Positions 39,319 through 53,048 are shown, numbered from the stretch's first letter. The stretch: DNA of 64,000 nucleotides from Octopus vulgaris (GCA_951406725.2 OX597822.1:40486001-40550000); one strand, 5' to 3'. The notes: generated from the sequence alone by a model not told the origin. Program-made: numbers and translations.

Positions 39319-39847
39319 GGGGTTTTTTTGCATTTATATTCGTATTTTTTTTTGTATTTATATTCGTGTAAGATCGTCCGTTTTTCTGTCCTTGTTTCGT
39401 ACACATTCGATCCTTTTTCCGAGGAATCTAATGCTCTTAGCTTAGTTTTTCCTTGGGGCTGGCCAGATTGGAGCAATCTCAAGATTAATCAACCGAAATT
39501 GCGAGGATGATCCGGTTCTTGACTGAAGATTAAAGGCTTTGATTGACCCGTCTGTGTTTTTGTATCATCTATTTGGATGTTTTGCGTTCTTGTCCCATTT
39601 TGTATTTTATATATATATGTATATATATATATATTGTTGTATTTAGGAATGGTCATTTTGCCAGTTTAGCCAATAAAAACACACGCACTATATATTTGGT
39701 GTTACTTTGCTTCATTGCTATTTATTTTTTTACATTAATCTTAATCTTATTTCGGCTAAACTGGCAAAATGACCATTCCTAAATACAACAATATCTGTTT
39801 CAACACACGACTTCACATAAAAAATCTTGCACAACAAATATTTAAAC

Positions 39848-39897
<50 letters not shown>

Positions 39898-40624
39898 CGG
39901 GAAGCTTTATGAAAATAGACAAAAGACGAAGGCAGGTGGAAAACAAACGAACAATTGTATTAGTATGGCGCTCAGGAAATATATATATATAGCGGCGTAA
40001 GTACATTTTATTCTCTTATATGTAAGTACTCATTTCACTAAACTTTGTACGACTTCAACACTCTTTCTCTCCCCCCTCTCTCACATGCTTTACCTTTTTT
40101 ACTTTGCACTTCACTGTCCCTGTCGTTCTTTTTTCTCGCCAATCCTTGATTCTTTGGCCTACACACTCTCTTTCTTCTCCCCCTCCTTAATCCCTTTATT
40201 CCGCTTTTTCTCTCTCTTCTCCCTCACCTTAATTCCTTTGCTACTCTTTTTCTCTCTCTTCTCTTCTCACGTGACTGCTGGCTGACTAGTAGCCCTTTTG
40301 CGTCGGACCTCGGGCACGGTAACATCGTTGTTTTCGTATGCCGTAAGGCTTAATTCTCACTCAATACGCCAGCTGAGTTCAATTCGTCTCTAGTCAAAAG
40401 ACGCCTGCTGTTGTGTCCTGTTATTATTATTATTGTTTTGTTTTTTTTTAATTTATATTCGCATTATTATTTTTTTTTTTTCATTTATATTCGTGTAACA
40501 TCGTCCGTTTTTCTGTCCTTGTTTCGTACACATTCGATCCTTTTTCCGAGGAATCTAATGCTCTTAGCTTAGTTTTTCCTTGGGGCTGGCCAGATTGGAG
40601 CAATCTCAAGATTAATCAGCCGAA
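39262..40624 (+). repeat. Two ~230-bp copies of a T-rich dispersed repeat (~39262-39495 and ~40392-40624)
   Basis: Shared AAAGACGCCTG...GGAGCAATCTCAAGATTAATCA.CCGAA. Confidence 0.8.
39631..39794. repeat. 41-bp perfect inverted repeat with 82-bp spacer
   Basis: 39631-39671 is the reverse complement of 39754-39794. Confidence 0.9.
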
Positions 40625-40676
40625 TGAGATAAAAATCCAAGGCTGTGAAAGATTACAGAACATTTATAAAGAGAAT

Positions 40677-40724
40677 GTCTTACAGCTGTTTCCGGGATAT
40701 TTTATTTATCTCTTCATCCGAGAC
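40677..40724 (-). ncRNA. Degenerate minimal PLE-type hammerhead
   Basis: Minus strand: gtct CGGATGA agagata aataaaa tatcccg GAAA cagctg TA agac; U4->G change; palindromic ACAGCTGT. Confidence 0.6.
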
Positions 40725-40770
40725 GGTGCGAGAAAATGGTGAGCAATAGTTATTCTAGAGAAGATTATGA

Positions 40771-40851
<81 letters not shown>

Positions 40852-40897
40852 AATAGATAGATAGATTTATGTATATACGTATGTATTGCAGGTATGC

Positions 40898-40992
<95 letters not shown>

Positions 40993-41771
40993 TATTTGTA
41001 CCTATATGTCTGTTTACATATGTAAATACATGTGAGTATACATATGTATGTATGTACATATTTGTATGTTTTATGTATGTATTCTCATGCATATGGTTGC
41101 ATATCTTGACATGCTAATATATATTTAAATGATAACATTCTGGAAAGTTTTACAGATTTATACAGTTCTAGTGATGGACTGGATCTGTAGTCTTCGGATT
41201 AGTTTTCTCCTTTCTGGTTTTGAGAAGCCTATTTTCTCAAGATTGGTATTTAGGCAGTGTGTTACATATCCCAGGGCCCCAATAATTACAGGTATAAACC
41301 TGAACTTGTAATCTGGATAGAGTAAATGCAAATTTTCCAACAGTTCATCATAGGTGTTCTCTTTTTCACTGATCTTCAGCTTTATGTTAACATCCGCTGG
41401 GCAGTTAATTTCCACAATTATGTCCAGTTTCTTTTCTCAGTCCCAAATCATTATATCAGGTCTGTTGTGCTTACAGTTTATTGAGGTCTTTACTAGGACA
41501 TTCCACAAATATTCCTTTTTATTATGTGTGGTTATGGTTTCTACCATATTGTGGGCTTTTATTTCGTTTTCCTTCCAACGAATTTCATTATATTGTGCCC
41601 AATTTATGTGGAAATTATGTATGCTTGTTAGTATTTTCCGGATTTTCACATCAGTAGCTTGGATTTTATCAAGCGTCCAATCAAGCAGCCTAAACGTTGG
41701 TATGAGTACTGGCACCGCAAACACATAGTGGGACACTGTCTTATTGAATGCAGCGAGTTCTGAGGTCCAAA

Positions 41772-42144
41772 TCTCTCTATATATAAACGGCAGTTTGTCT
41801 GTGTGTCTGTTAGGTTGTACCCTCACCCTGACCACGGCTTTCAACCGATTCTGATGAAACTTGACACACACATAGCCTAATGTCATAATTCAAAACTAAC
41901 GCAGCGAAAATTTTGAAAAGTTCCCCCAGTTCTGAAAACGATCGATAAATTCGACATGGGGTCGACAATCAGAAACACAAACCACAGATGGTCTAGGGGA
42001 CGCAACTCGACCTTTTTAACTATCAAAAAAAATTTACCATCATTTTTTTTCCCATTTTTTTGCGATTTTTTGGCTATAACTCTCTAAAAATGCTTTATAG
42101 TTATTTCCCTTACAAACCCGAGCAACGCAGGGCGATACTGCTAG
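41772..42144 (+). mobile_element. Non-autonomous Helitron
   Basis: 5' TC, 3' CTAG, subterminal hairpin CCCGAGCAACGCAGGG, inserted A|T with no TSD; LINE relic continues on both sides. Confidence 0.8.
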
Positions 42145-42255
42145 TTTCATTTATTCGGCTGTAATATTCTTTAGTGATACGTGTTTTGTTACAGGTGCTA
42201 TTGTATGATATATCTTCATCCACACCTAGATACCTGTAATATTTTTCGTCAGATA

Positions 42256-42469
42256 AAGCAGCGAGCTGGCAGAAACGTTAGCACGCCGGGCGAAATGCTT
42301 AAGGGTATTTCGCCTGTCTTTACGTTCTGAGTTCAAATTTGACCGAAGTCGACTTTGCCTTTCATCCTTTCGAGGTCGATAAACTAAGTACTAGTTGCGT
42401 GCTGGGAGTCGATCAAATCGACTGGCTTCCTCCCCCGAAATTTCAGGCCTTGTGCCTAGAATAGAAAAG
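42256..42469 (+). mobile_element. SINE family B monomer with 18-bp TSD
   Basis: AATATTTTTCGTCAGATA at 42238-42255 and 42470-42487. Confidence 0.9.
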
Positions 42470-42939
42470 AATATTTTTCGTCAGATACAGAGGAAACAGT
42501 CAGATCATTGAGGGATATTTTACTAGTTTGGTTTATAGTTTTCCCCCTTTTCACAACCATATAACAACATTTATCCTGACCTATGTATGTATGTATGTAT
42601 GTATGTATGTATGTATGTATGTATGTATGTATGTATGTATGTATGTATGTATGTTTGTATGTATGTATGTATTATGTATGTATTATGTATGTATAAACAC
42701 TATATTGAAATTTGTCAAATGAGGTCTTCAGGGAAATCACAACTTTAGTGTGTTCGATCTAATTTTTTTCGTCTTTTGTCTTACTGCGACAGGTTACGCG
42801 AGATTGGTTATTAAGTACATAGGTATCGAGTGCATCTGCTATTACACACACACACGCGCGCGCGGGCACACACACACACACACACACACGCACACACACA
42901 CACATACGTAGTCATGCTCATGCACAGACATACATATCC

Positions 42940-42984
<45 letters not shown>

Positions 42985-43497
42985 CACGCAGACAAACTCT
43001 CACACACACACATACATACATACATACATACATAGACATGTTCACACACAGACATACACTTCCATACATATATATATATATATATTCATACACACACACA
43101 CACACACACACATGTATACATACATAGGAGCACATACCGTTCAATAACAACGAATACACATACTTGGCGGAAGCTGTTTACATGTATATACACTCCGATA
43201 TACATACGCTAACGAAACAAATGTCACACAATACGCAAACAGTTACGTGTGTGTGTGTGCACGCGCGCGCACCCAACACTGACATACTGATGTAAATGCG
43301 CACGTATACACCTCATCGAAAGGTGTTGGGCAATACAAAGACAGATACATACACACATGTACCCACACGGAAAAAACACACACAAAATTACTAATACTTC
43401 TGTTTTAGATAGACGTGTGAGTACATATCGCTACGTTTGAGTGAAAAAACACACACACAACACACACACACACACACATATATACATTATATAAAAC

Positions 43498-44057
43498 GTC
43501 GCCCTTTTCAAGCCAAGCTAGGCTCATGGGCCCGGTTTTCCGGTTTCTGTGACGTATCCGTTCCCCCCAGCCGGATGGGACGCCAGTCCATCGCAGCGTT
43601 ACTCTAGAAACAGGAAGAGAGAGTGAGGGAAAGTTGTGGCGAAAGAGTACAACAGGGATCGCCACCACTCCCTACTGGATTCTCGTGGAGCTCTTAGGAG
43701 TTTTCACTCAATAAACACACAGAACGCTCGGTCTGGGAATCGAAACCGCGATCCTCCGACCGCGAGTCCGCTGCTCTAACCACTGGGCCATTGCGCATCC
43801 ACAAATAACTGCGCCCTTTTAAGGCCTAGCCAGGCTCATGGGCCCGGTTTCCCGGTTTCTATGGCGTATGTGTTCCCCAGCTGGACGGGACGCCCGTCCA
43901 TCGCAGCGTTACTCATTTTTGCCAGCTGAGTGGACTGGAGCAACGTGAAATGAAGTGTTTTGCTCAAGAACACAATGCGTCGCCCGATCCAGGAATCGAA
44001 ACCACAATCTTACGATCATGATGCTGACACCCTAACCACTAAGCCACGCACCACCAC
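43498..44057 (-). mobile_element. Two tandem tRNA-derived SINEs (heads C and D) sharing a V-domain-like tail
   Basis: Shared GTAACGCTGCGATGGAC.GGCGTCCC.TCC.GCTGGGG tail with different tRNA-like heads. Confidence 0.8.
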
Positions 44058-44077
44058 ATACATTATATACACGTATT

Positions 44078-44267
44078 CTTTTACTCTTTTACATGTTTCA
44101 GTCATTTGACTGTGGCCATGCCGGAGCACCGCCTTTAGTCGAGCAAATCGACCCCAGGACTTATTCTTTGTAAGCCTAGTACTTATTTTATCGGTATCTT
44201 TTGCCGAACTGCTAAATTACGGGGACGTAAACACACCAGCATCGGTTGTCAAGTGATGTTGGGAGGA

Positions 44268-44356
<89 letters not shown>

Positions 44357-44518
44357 GACAGGCTTCTTTCAGTTTCCGTCTACCAAATCCACTTACAAGG
44401 CTTTGGTCGGCCCGAGGCTATAGTAGAAGACACTTGCCCAAGGTACCACGCAGTGGGACTGAACCCGGAACCATGTGGCTGGTAAGCAAGCTACTTACCA
44501 CACAGTCACTCCTGCACC
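44078..44518 (-). mobile_element. SINE family A, full length
   Basis: Reverse complement of the consensus. Confidence 0.9.
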
Positions 44519-45259
44519 ATATATATATATAGACATATATAGACATACAACCATGCATAAACATATATATGTGTATACTATATATAACCGCGCACACACA
44601 CACACTCACACACACGCACACAAATACACACACAAACATACACACGTATATATATAGAGAGAGACATACATTCATGCATAAACATATATATATGTGTATA
44701 CTCTATATAACCGCGCACACGCTCACGCACATACACATTCACCTAAACACACTCAGCACACATAACACCCATGTACGCGCAGACAAACTGACAGACACTC
44801 ATATATGTCTGTGTATGTGTTGGTGTGTATGTATATACACACATATATATGTGTATGCATGTATATATATATATGTGTGTGTGTGTCCGTGTGTCTGTAT
44901 GTGTGTGTGTATAGTGAGATAGAGAGAGAGTGTGAGAAGTGAACTAGCGAAAACTGCTATATCTAGTAACATCAACTCTGAAATTTTCAGTCAGACTCTG
45001 TTGACCTGGCAGTCTTTAAGAAGTGTCTATTACGGGGAAGAAATCAGATCAATGCAGTTTTTCGATTAATCAGAGATTAACACTGGCTGTACGTTTGTTG
45101 TGTTATCTCGGTCTTTGTAACATAGTTAACTGGGTGAACTTGGGTACAGGAGTATCAAATCTTGACTAGAGATGGATTAACCCTGAAGAGGTCCTAATCA
45201 TTCAAATGATTTTGGTAACCCCATATATATGTATTTCAAAATATAAACAATAAAATCTA

Positions 45260-45803
45260 TCTCTAAGCTTGCCAAGAAGGCTGGGGGTGTCCTGGCATCA
45301 CTCAGCAAGACCCTTGTCAGCCACTTACCAGCTATTTATTTTAAACTGTATTTGTCAATGGTACGTCCATACTTAAAATTTGCTTTACCAGTCTGGAACC
45401 CCTATTTTGCTCAGCATATCAATCTCCTGGAAACTGTTCAGAAACATGCAACAAAACGAATACCCGTCTTCAAGCATCTACCATACTTTGTAAGTCTTGC
45501 TTCCCTGGACACGGACACATTAAAGCCCAGACTCTGGCCACTGACTTGTTAGACACGCACAAGATTATCCACCATCTGTTCAACAGCAACCTTGGGCATA
45601 TTTTTGAATTCCTTAAGACAAACACTCGCGGACATGCTTACAAAATCAAAAAACAACACAGCGCCCATGACTTTCGGAAACATTTTTTCACGCTCAATAT
45701 TGTCGAAGTAAGGAATAAATTATCCTCATCAGTTATTAGCTGTCGAGACACTACATCCTTCAAAACTTCCGTGCTTCCTGAAATCCGCCAACAGTGCACC
45801 TGA
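45260..45803 (+). pseudogene. CR1/Jockey-group LINE 3' fragment
   Basis: VRPYL.FA.PVWNP, ETVQKHATK, TRGH.YKI, RKHFF motifs. Confidence 0.75.
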
Positions 45804-45859
45804 TGGTTTCCTTTTGTTTTTTCTTTTATTTTGTTTTTTATGTATAATTCCTTTATGAT

Positions 45860-46027
45860 AGCGCAGGAGTGGATGTGTGGTAAGTAGCTTGCTTACCAAC
45901 CACATGGTTCCGGGTTCAGTCCCACTGCGTGGCATCTTGGGCAAGTGTCTTCTATTATAGCCTCGGGCCGACCAAAGCCTTGTGAGTGGATCTGGTTGGC
46001 GGAAACTGAAAAGAAGCCCGTCGTGTA

Positions 46028-46077
<50 letters not shown>

Positions 46078-46345
46078 CGTATGTGTGTGTGTCTGTGTGT
46101 GTGTGTGTGTGTGTGTGTTGTGTGTGTGTGTGTTGTGTGTCTGTGCTTGTGTGTCTGTGTTTTTCCCCAACATCGCTTGACAATCGATGCTGGTGTGTTT
46201 ACATCCCCGTAACCTAGCGGTTCAGCAAAACAGACCGATAGAATAAGTACTAGGCTTACAAGGAATATGTCCTTGGATCGATTTGCTCGACCAAAGGCGA
46301 TGCTTCAGCATGGCCGCAGTCAAATGACTGAAACAAGTAAAAGAG
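45860..46345 (+). mobile_element. SINE family A, full length
   Basis: Homology to the other copies. Confidence 0.9.
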
Positions 46346-46902
46346 TTGCTGTGTACCTCAGTACTGCATGCAACTGTCTCCCTCATACGATATGAAATAT
46401 TTTAAAAATAAAAGCCATAAAAGTGTCTCAGCTTGACTGCAGCCTCAAGGCTGAGACATATAAAAGAATAAAATAAATTTTCATTTTCCAAAATGAGACA
46501 AAACTAACAGATGGAAAATAATGTTTATTTTTGTATAATTCCACCTCATTTATATTTGAAAAGTTTTCTACTTTATCTGACTGCAAACTCTTTGATCAGA
46601 TCCTGCAAATTGGTCTTACGTAACACATCTGTTTTTATTCTTTTATTCTTGTATTCTTTTATTCCTTTATTCTTCTACTTGTTTCAGTCATTTGACTGCG
46701 AATCTTGATGGAGCACTGCCTTTAACGGTCTTTTTTTTTAGTCGACGAAATCAACCCCAGGACTTATTCTATTCTTCTCTTTTGCCGAATCGCCGATGTT
46801 ACAAGAACGTAAGCATATCAACAGGGGTTGTCAAGGGATGGTGGTGGGGACAAACACAGACACACAAACATAGACATACACATACATACATACATACATA
46901 CA

Positions 46903-46975
<73 letters not shown>

Positions 46976-47198
46976 ATTAATAAATATAAGGGTAGCAAAA
47001 AATTCTAGAAAAAATTCTCCGCTACCAGCAGTCTAGCGAGAAAGAAAAGATAATCTAAGACTATATAATATACATTCAACAATATCAGGAATGGCCATAA
47101 TAGGACATTCGACTCACTAGAAAGAGCAGCCAAACTCAAACCGCTAAATAGTTGTAATTCTAAAATTGAAAGAGAAATAAAAACGTTTACCCCTTTCA

Positions 47199-47293
47199 TC
47201 TCTGGACTATGCATAGTTTCGGCAAACTTTGGTAAACAAATTAATTAAATTAAAGTAAATTTATTTACAACTGGCGTGCCTTGTCAGCAGAGA
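47199..47293 (-). ncRNA. Family B hammerhead, core mutated (CTGACAA)
   Basis: Perfect helix I and GGCA/TGCC helix II base, with a G8->A substitution. Confidence 0.7.
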
Positions 47294-47659
47294 AGCCAAG
47301 GACGAGTATATGTCCACGTGGCGATGGTAAAGAAGCTTCCAGTCTATATGCTCTAAATTTTCAAAATCTGCCGCAATGGCGCGGTCTTCTCAGCAGCAAA
47401 TATAAACTGCTGATTTAATTTCAAAATTAGCCAAAAAATCATTAATTAATAAATATAAGGGTAGCAAAAATTCTAGAAAAAATTCTCCGCTACCAGCGGT
47501 CTAGCGAGAAAGAGAAGATAGTCAAAGACTATATAATATACATTCAACAATATTTGCTGTTGAGAAGACCGCGCCATTGCGGTAGATTTTGAAAATTTAG
47601 AGCATATAGACTGGAGGCTTCTTTACCATCGCCTCGTGGACATATACTCGTCCTCGGCT

Positions 47660-47754
47660 TCTCTGCTGACGAGGCACGCAAGTTGTAAATAAATTTACTT
47701 TAATTTAATCAATTTGTTTACCAAAGTTTGACGAAACTATGCATAGTCCAGAGA
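47660..47754 (+). ncRNA. Type I hammerhead ribozyme with extended helix II (family B)
   Basis: tctctg CTGACGA ggca...gtaaataaatt/aatttgtttac...tgac GAAA ctatgcatag TC cagaga. Confidence 0.85.
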
Positions 47755-48431
47755 TGAAAGGGGTAAACGTTTTTATTTCTCTTTCAATTTCAGAATTACA
47801 ACTAGTTAGCGATTTGAGTTTGGCTGCTCTTTCTAGTGAGTCGAATATCCTATTATGGCCATTCCTGATATTGTTGAATGTATATTATATAGTCTTTGAT
47901 TATCTTTTCTTTCTCGCTAGACCGCTGGTAGCGGAGAATTTTTTCTAGAATTTTTTGCTACCCTTATATTTATTAATGATTTTTTGGCTAATTTTGAAAT
48001 TAAATCAGCGGTTTATATTTGCTGCTGAGAAGACCGCGCCATTGCGGTAGATTTTGAAAATTTAGAGCATATAGACTGGAGGCTTCTATACCATAGCCTC
48101 GTGGACATATACTCCTCCTTGGCTTCTCTCCTTCCCTTGATGCCCAATAAACACATGCTTATTTTGCTCAATGGTTAACCCAGCGCTGGTCTTGACCTGT
48201 GAGGAATTACTTGTATTTATACTTGTTACATGTGTGCTAAATAACTCTGGCATTGATTGTACTTCAGTCCCGGAACAGCAGAAACTGCTGAGCGGGTGAC
48301 TAGAACTGATTTCTGAATCATAAGCTCACACACATCTGACATGCAACAAAACTTCATAACTCCAAATCCGCAAACGTTTCACTCATAACAACGCTACAAA
48401 AGATCCGCCCCCGCGCTCTCTAAATCTCTCT

Positions 48432-48710
48432 CGGCTTAGTGGTTTAGGTATTCGGCCCGATTCCCGGTGGCCTCTTTCGTCCTTGAGCAAGACACGTTGT
48501 TCCAGTCCACTCAGCCAGCAAAAACTAGTACTACTCGTATCTACGTGTATGTTAAAGGGCCATTCTATGTCACGCTGAATCTCCCTGATAACTACGTTAG
48601 GGGTCTTCTAGTCTGTGGAGTAATCATGCAATTGCACATTAATTTCACGAGCAGGCTGCTCCGTTGATTGATTCAACTGGAATGCTCGTCGTTGTGACCG
48701 ACGGAGTCCC
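48432..48710 (+). mobile_element. SINE head D (deleted) + tail 3
   Basis: CTTGAGCAAGACAC..CCAGTCCACTCAGC; tail matches 62348-62510. Confidence 0.6.
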
Positions 48711-51409
48711 AATTTTATATGTATTATTCCTTTATGATATCACACTCGCCTGGCTTTTTATATTCACTTTTAGGATACGAATTAGCAGTTCGCTAAATTA
48801 TCCATAAACGTTTATAATATAAACATATATGCTGGCAGAAGGAATTAGCCGGTCACACGGCATTCGAACAGTCACCACTGACAATGTCTATAGTCCTAGA
48901 TGAAACTAGATCTTGCCTGAGGATCCTAGAAGCGGTTGCCTCCCTTGTCAGCGGATGTGAATACTCTCTAGGCTCCTCCTACCGCATTAAGAGTATTTTA
49001 ACTAATCTGGTTACCTTTAAAGATGACTGACGGCTTGGGAAATGAATTTGTTTAAACCGAAGAAGAGTTGTGTACCATCAACCTGATTCTATCATCCGTG
49101 ACCATCTTCAATCCAGGTCAAGATGAATCGGGATGGAAACAGATGCAGTAGATAACCAATATGTTTTATCTTACTGTCTGTGCCCCACAATGCATTATTG
49201 CAGCTGCCCTCTTCTCCGTTGACCCATGAAGCCTTTTTACAGCTCAGTCTGCAGGATCCAGTACTAACATGCATTGGTAGGCAAGCCGTAATATGCTAAT
49301 CAACCCATAGCTGGAACCTTGACAGGAGCTACTACTCTGGGTCGGATAGACCTAGGGACAATGTGTGGCTAAGCCGTGGTTTCACACTCCTTAAAATCCT
49401 GGGACAGTCGAGCCAGGGCTACAGTACTGGATGCAGTTTAAAATCATACTCAGGGCATGACCGATTATTAGAGATTATGTCAGAAACACTGACCTTTGTC
49501 TTCAGGTTCCAAAAGTACCTAACAATTAAGCATCTACTAACTCTACGAAGATCCTGTGCGGCCCGCAGTCATGTACTTTTCCTTCTACTGAGGTAATGCT
49601 GTTACAAAACATATATATATTCTGTTACTGCATCCAAAATTGTCTACCCTGCCACTGAGAATAGTCACTCACCAACACAGTTCAACGTCTCATTTACAGA
49701 CAAACAGTCTCTCCCCCATACCTTTTCTACCGTTACTACAATAACCTCTGCTCCTTAAAGGTGTTATCTCGAGCTTCATTCATTCAGGAACACTCAACAC
49801 ATTAAACTCTCTTCCGCTCGTCACACTTTCTCCCCCACCTCATACACTCAACCTCCACGTCCCCAATTAGACACAATAGCCAGCCCTTCCACTCGAAAGA
49901 GAGAGAAAGCGGAAAAGCGGAAGAGAGACAAATAACCAGACAAGCAGACAGATAGAGAGAGAGAGTGACGGAGAGAGATAGAGTGGGAGAGTAGGAGAGA
50001 GGGGAAAAGAGAGAACTAGACATACAGACAGTTTCTGCCACTCAAATTGTACCCACAGAACTGCTCAAACCAGGATTATAGTACACGTCACGTTCACATT
50101 TACCATGATCAAAGCCATTCCAATGACGACAATCGCGTCTATATTTTCTTTTCCCCGGATTTAGTCTATCTACGATTACATAATTCAGGGCTATATTCAG
50201 TTTTATGTCATTCTGGTGTGATTTAAAATATGCACTGTTTCTCGTAGTTTCAAAGGCTGTATATAAACACCCCCAATTGAGTTGGCCGTAAATATGTTCT
50301 CGCTGTCTCAGCAATTAGGCGGTTGTCTGTACTTGCATGAAGTAATGGCGAGGAATGTAGAACAAAAAAATGTCATCTTAAGTAGAAAATACGTAAATAC
50401 TGAGGCACGCAAATCTTCTCATTTGAGAACATAAGATTAACAAAATTCTCATACCACCTTTCAGCATTTTTTTTAAACTTTATTTTTTTGAATGAGATAT
50501 AGTAAGTATCTGGCTTAAAGGTCAAATACACACCAAACTATCCCGTCTACAGTTCACTAGCTGTGTGAGTGCCAACTATCAGACATGGTAGAGTGAAAAA
50601 AAAATGTGTTTTTTGAAGGCACGTAATGTATCCCATAGAATAGGGCATCACGCCATACGGCCATGTGAATGTGACATCTGAATTAACAATATTATCGTAA
50701 TTCTGTGTTGTATTTAAGCGCAATCAGTTTGTAATGAGGTCTGTGAGCTTTTTTAATTATCTCTTTATTCATCTGATCGCTGTCAAATGGAATCAGATAA
50801 TCATCGTCATTGCTGTTGTTTAGGTGCCAGACAAACAACGAGTGTCAAATCAGATCACTCGAAATGTTAGTGGTGTAAAAGTAGCGCCAATGCATTCTAT
50901 TAGTTACTTCATATCCATGTGTGTTTGAAATGGAATTGTGTCGGGTTTGATGTTATGAACTATAGTCAAATGTGAATGTATGTGTGCTTACGTGTGTGTA
51001 TGTGAGTGTGATACGTAGCAAAGATGTTGAGATATTCAACAGCCAACCACTTTGCACCGTGAGATCATATTGCCTGCCTATGTTGTTCCGTTCTGTTGCC
51101 CTTTAAAAGTCACACAATTCCACAAAAATTTATCCTGATTCACTTAGTCCCCTCTTAGCTGTGGAGCGATACTTTAAAATTCTTTCAATGCCTGGCGACG
51201 GAGTTATGAACATGTGGCTATGAAGTTCGTTTCACAATGATTTGGTATAATTTTAAGATTAACCATCTTAAACCAACCTTAAGAGAATAAGAAGAAAACC
51301 CCACCGATGTTACAAGGAAAAAAAGGGTCCTGAATTCTGTGCCTATAGTTTGTTCGAGCTGTTAAAAAAGAATAACACAGAAACAATATTTTTGTCCCAC
51401 TTGCTGAAG

Positions 51410-51444
<35 letters not shown>

Positions 51445-51713
51445 GTGTGTGCGCGTGTGTGTGTGTTTGTGTGCGTGCGCGGATGTTTTTGACTGTGTTT
51501 TTAACCCCCCCACCCCCCCACACACACACGCTGTCGCTTGACAACCGATGTTGGTGTGTTTACGTCCCTGTAACTTGTGTTTACGTCCCGGCAAAACAGA
51601 CCGATAGAATAAGTACCAAGCTTACAAAGAATAAGTCCTGGGGGGGACGATTTGCTCGACTAAAAGCGTTGCTCTAGCATGGACGCAGTCAAATGACTGC
51701 AACAAATGACAGA

Positions 51714-51802
<89 letters not shown>

Positions 51803-52254
51803 TGTGTGTGTGTGTGTGTGTGTGTATGTTTGTTTGTGTGTGTATTGCATAAATAGTCTACTATACACATCTGCTCACATTATCAGACTCCCTCTGTCAT
51901 TCCAGTTACCTATACTGTTAGGAAGTTATAATGATACCACTTTACTGATATCAATTCTACACACCCTCTTCCTTATCCTCCAGCTCCTGCTGTTGCTGCT
52001 GCCTATTTGATATCCAATAATATCCAGTTCGCCACTGATCCAGAGCTTCGTCTCAAATACCCATAAATTATAGCAAAAACGAATCACAGGATATCACAGT
52101 TATTCTTCACTACAAACACATTATCGTCGCAGCAACTACGTTTACACGCAGTCAGGAGTGTAGAATATGTATGCATACTCGCATTCGTATAGACAATGAT
52201 ATAAACATATATATACATATATAAGTATGTATAGGTTCACATATCACGTGATCA

Positions 52255-52558
52255 CATGACCGACCTGGTTTTCAGATGTTGCTACACATCGCTAGTCACA
52301 ATGCGCTTCGCATTGTTTTAGCCTTCAAATGATGCCACCCCGCTGGCTAAGCGAGCAGGCCAACAGAAGAAAGAGTGAGAGAAAGTTGCGACGAAAGAAT
52401 GCAGCAGGGATGGCCACCCCACCCCACCCCTGCCGGAGCCTCGGTGAGCTTTAGGTGCTTCCGGCCAATAAACACTCAAAACGCACGGTCTGGCAATCGA
52501 AACCGCGATCCTACGACCGCGAGTCCGCTGCTCTAACCACTGGGCCATTGCGCCTACA
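52255..52558 (-). mobile_element. SINE head C + tail 2
   Basis: GGCGCAATGGCCCAGTGGTTAG..GACTCGCGGTC head. Confidence 0.75.
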
Positions 52559-52829
52559 CAGGTTCACATATATGCGTATAAATATCATTTTTTTAATATC
52601 TTTTAATTGCTTCTGTTAATAGACAGCGGTCAAGCTGGTGCACCACCTAGAAGAATTTTTAGACGAATGAAGCGAATCCAGTATTTCAATTTAAACGTGA
52701 TACTTCTTTTATCAATCTTTAGTTGCCGAGCCGCTATGTTTCGGGGACGTAAGCAAACCAACATCGGTCTAGTGGGGAGGGAGGCATAGACACCAAAACA
52801 CGCAAATATAGATACCGATTTATACACAT

Positions 52830-52999
52830 AGGCGTAGGAGTGGCTTTGTGGTATATAGCTTGCTTACCAACTACATGGCTCCGGGTTCAGTCTCACTGCG
52901 TGGTACCTTGGGCAAGTGTCTTCTACTATAGCCTAGGGCCAACCAAAGCCTTGTGAGTGGATTTGGTAGACGGAAAGTGAAAGAAGACCGTCGTATATA

Positions 53000-53048
<49 letters not shown>

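Larger units (their letters stand above)
41130..42580 (-). pseudogene. R4/Dong-like LINE relic interrupted by a Helitron and a SINE
   Basis: YRYLG, FAVPVL...W...DVKIRKILT, HNRPDIMIWD, EKENTY, PVIIGALG motifs. Confidence 0.75.
46974..48129. mobile_element. Hammerhead-containing non-coding tandem element (retrozyme-like), family B: ~1.2 minus units + ~1.2 inverted plus units
   Basis: Unit ~465-469 bp (46974/47443; 47550/48015). Inversion at 47550-47553. Left flank is (TA)n. Homologous to family A. Confidence 0.85.

Noticed and set aside
41840-41870. CTGATGAAAC inside the Helitron
   Set aside because: No helix II or cleavage triplet arrangement; chance match.
47739-47948. 69-aa hydrophobic ORF present in both family B units
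   Set aside because: The ATG lies within ribozyme helix III upstream of the cleavage site, and an equivalent ORF is not evident in family A.
48720-51340. Relatively repeat-poor stretch that might hold exons or enhancers
   Set aside because: No recognisable ORF, RNA gene or motif cluster that can be supported from sequence alone.
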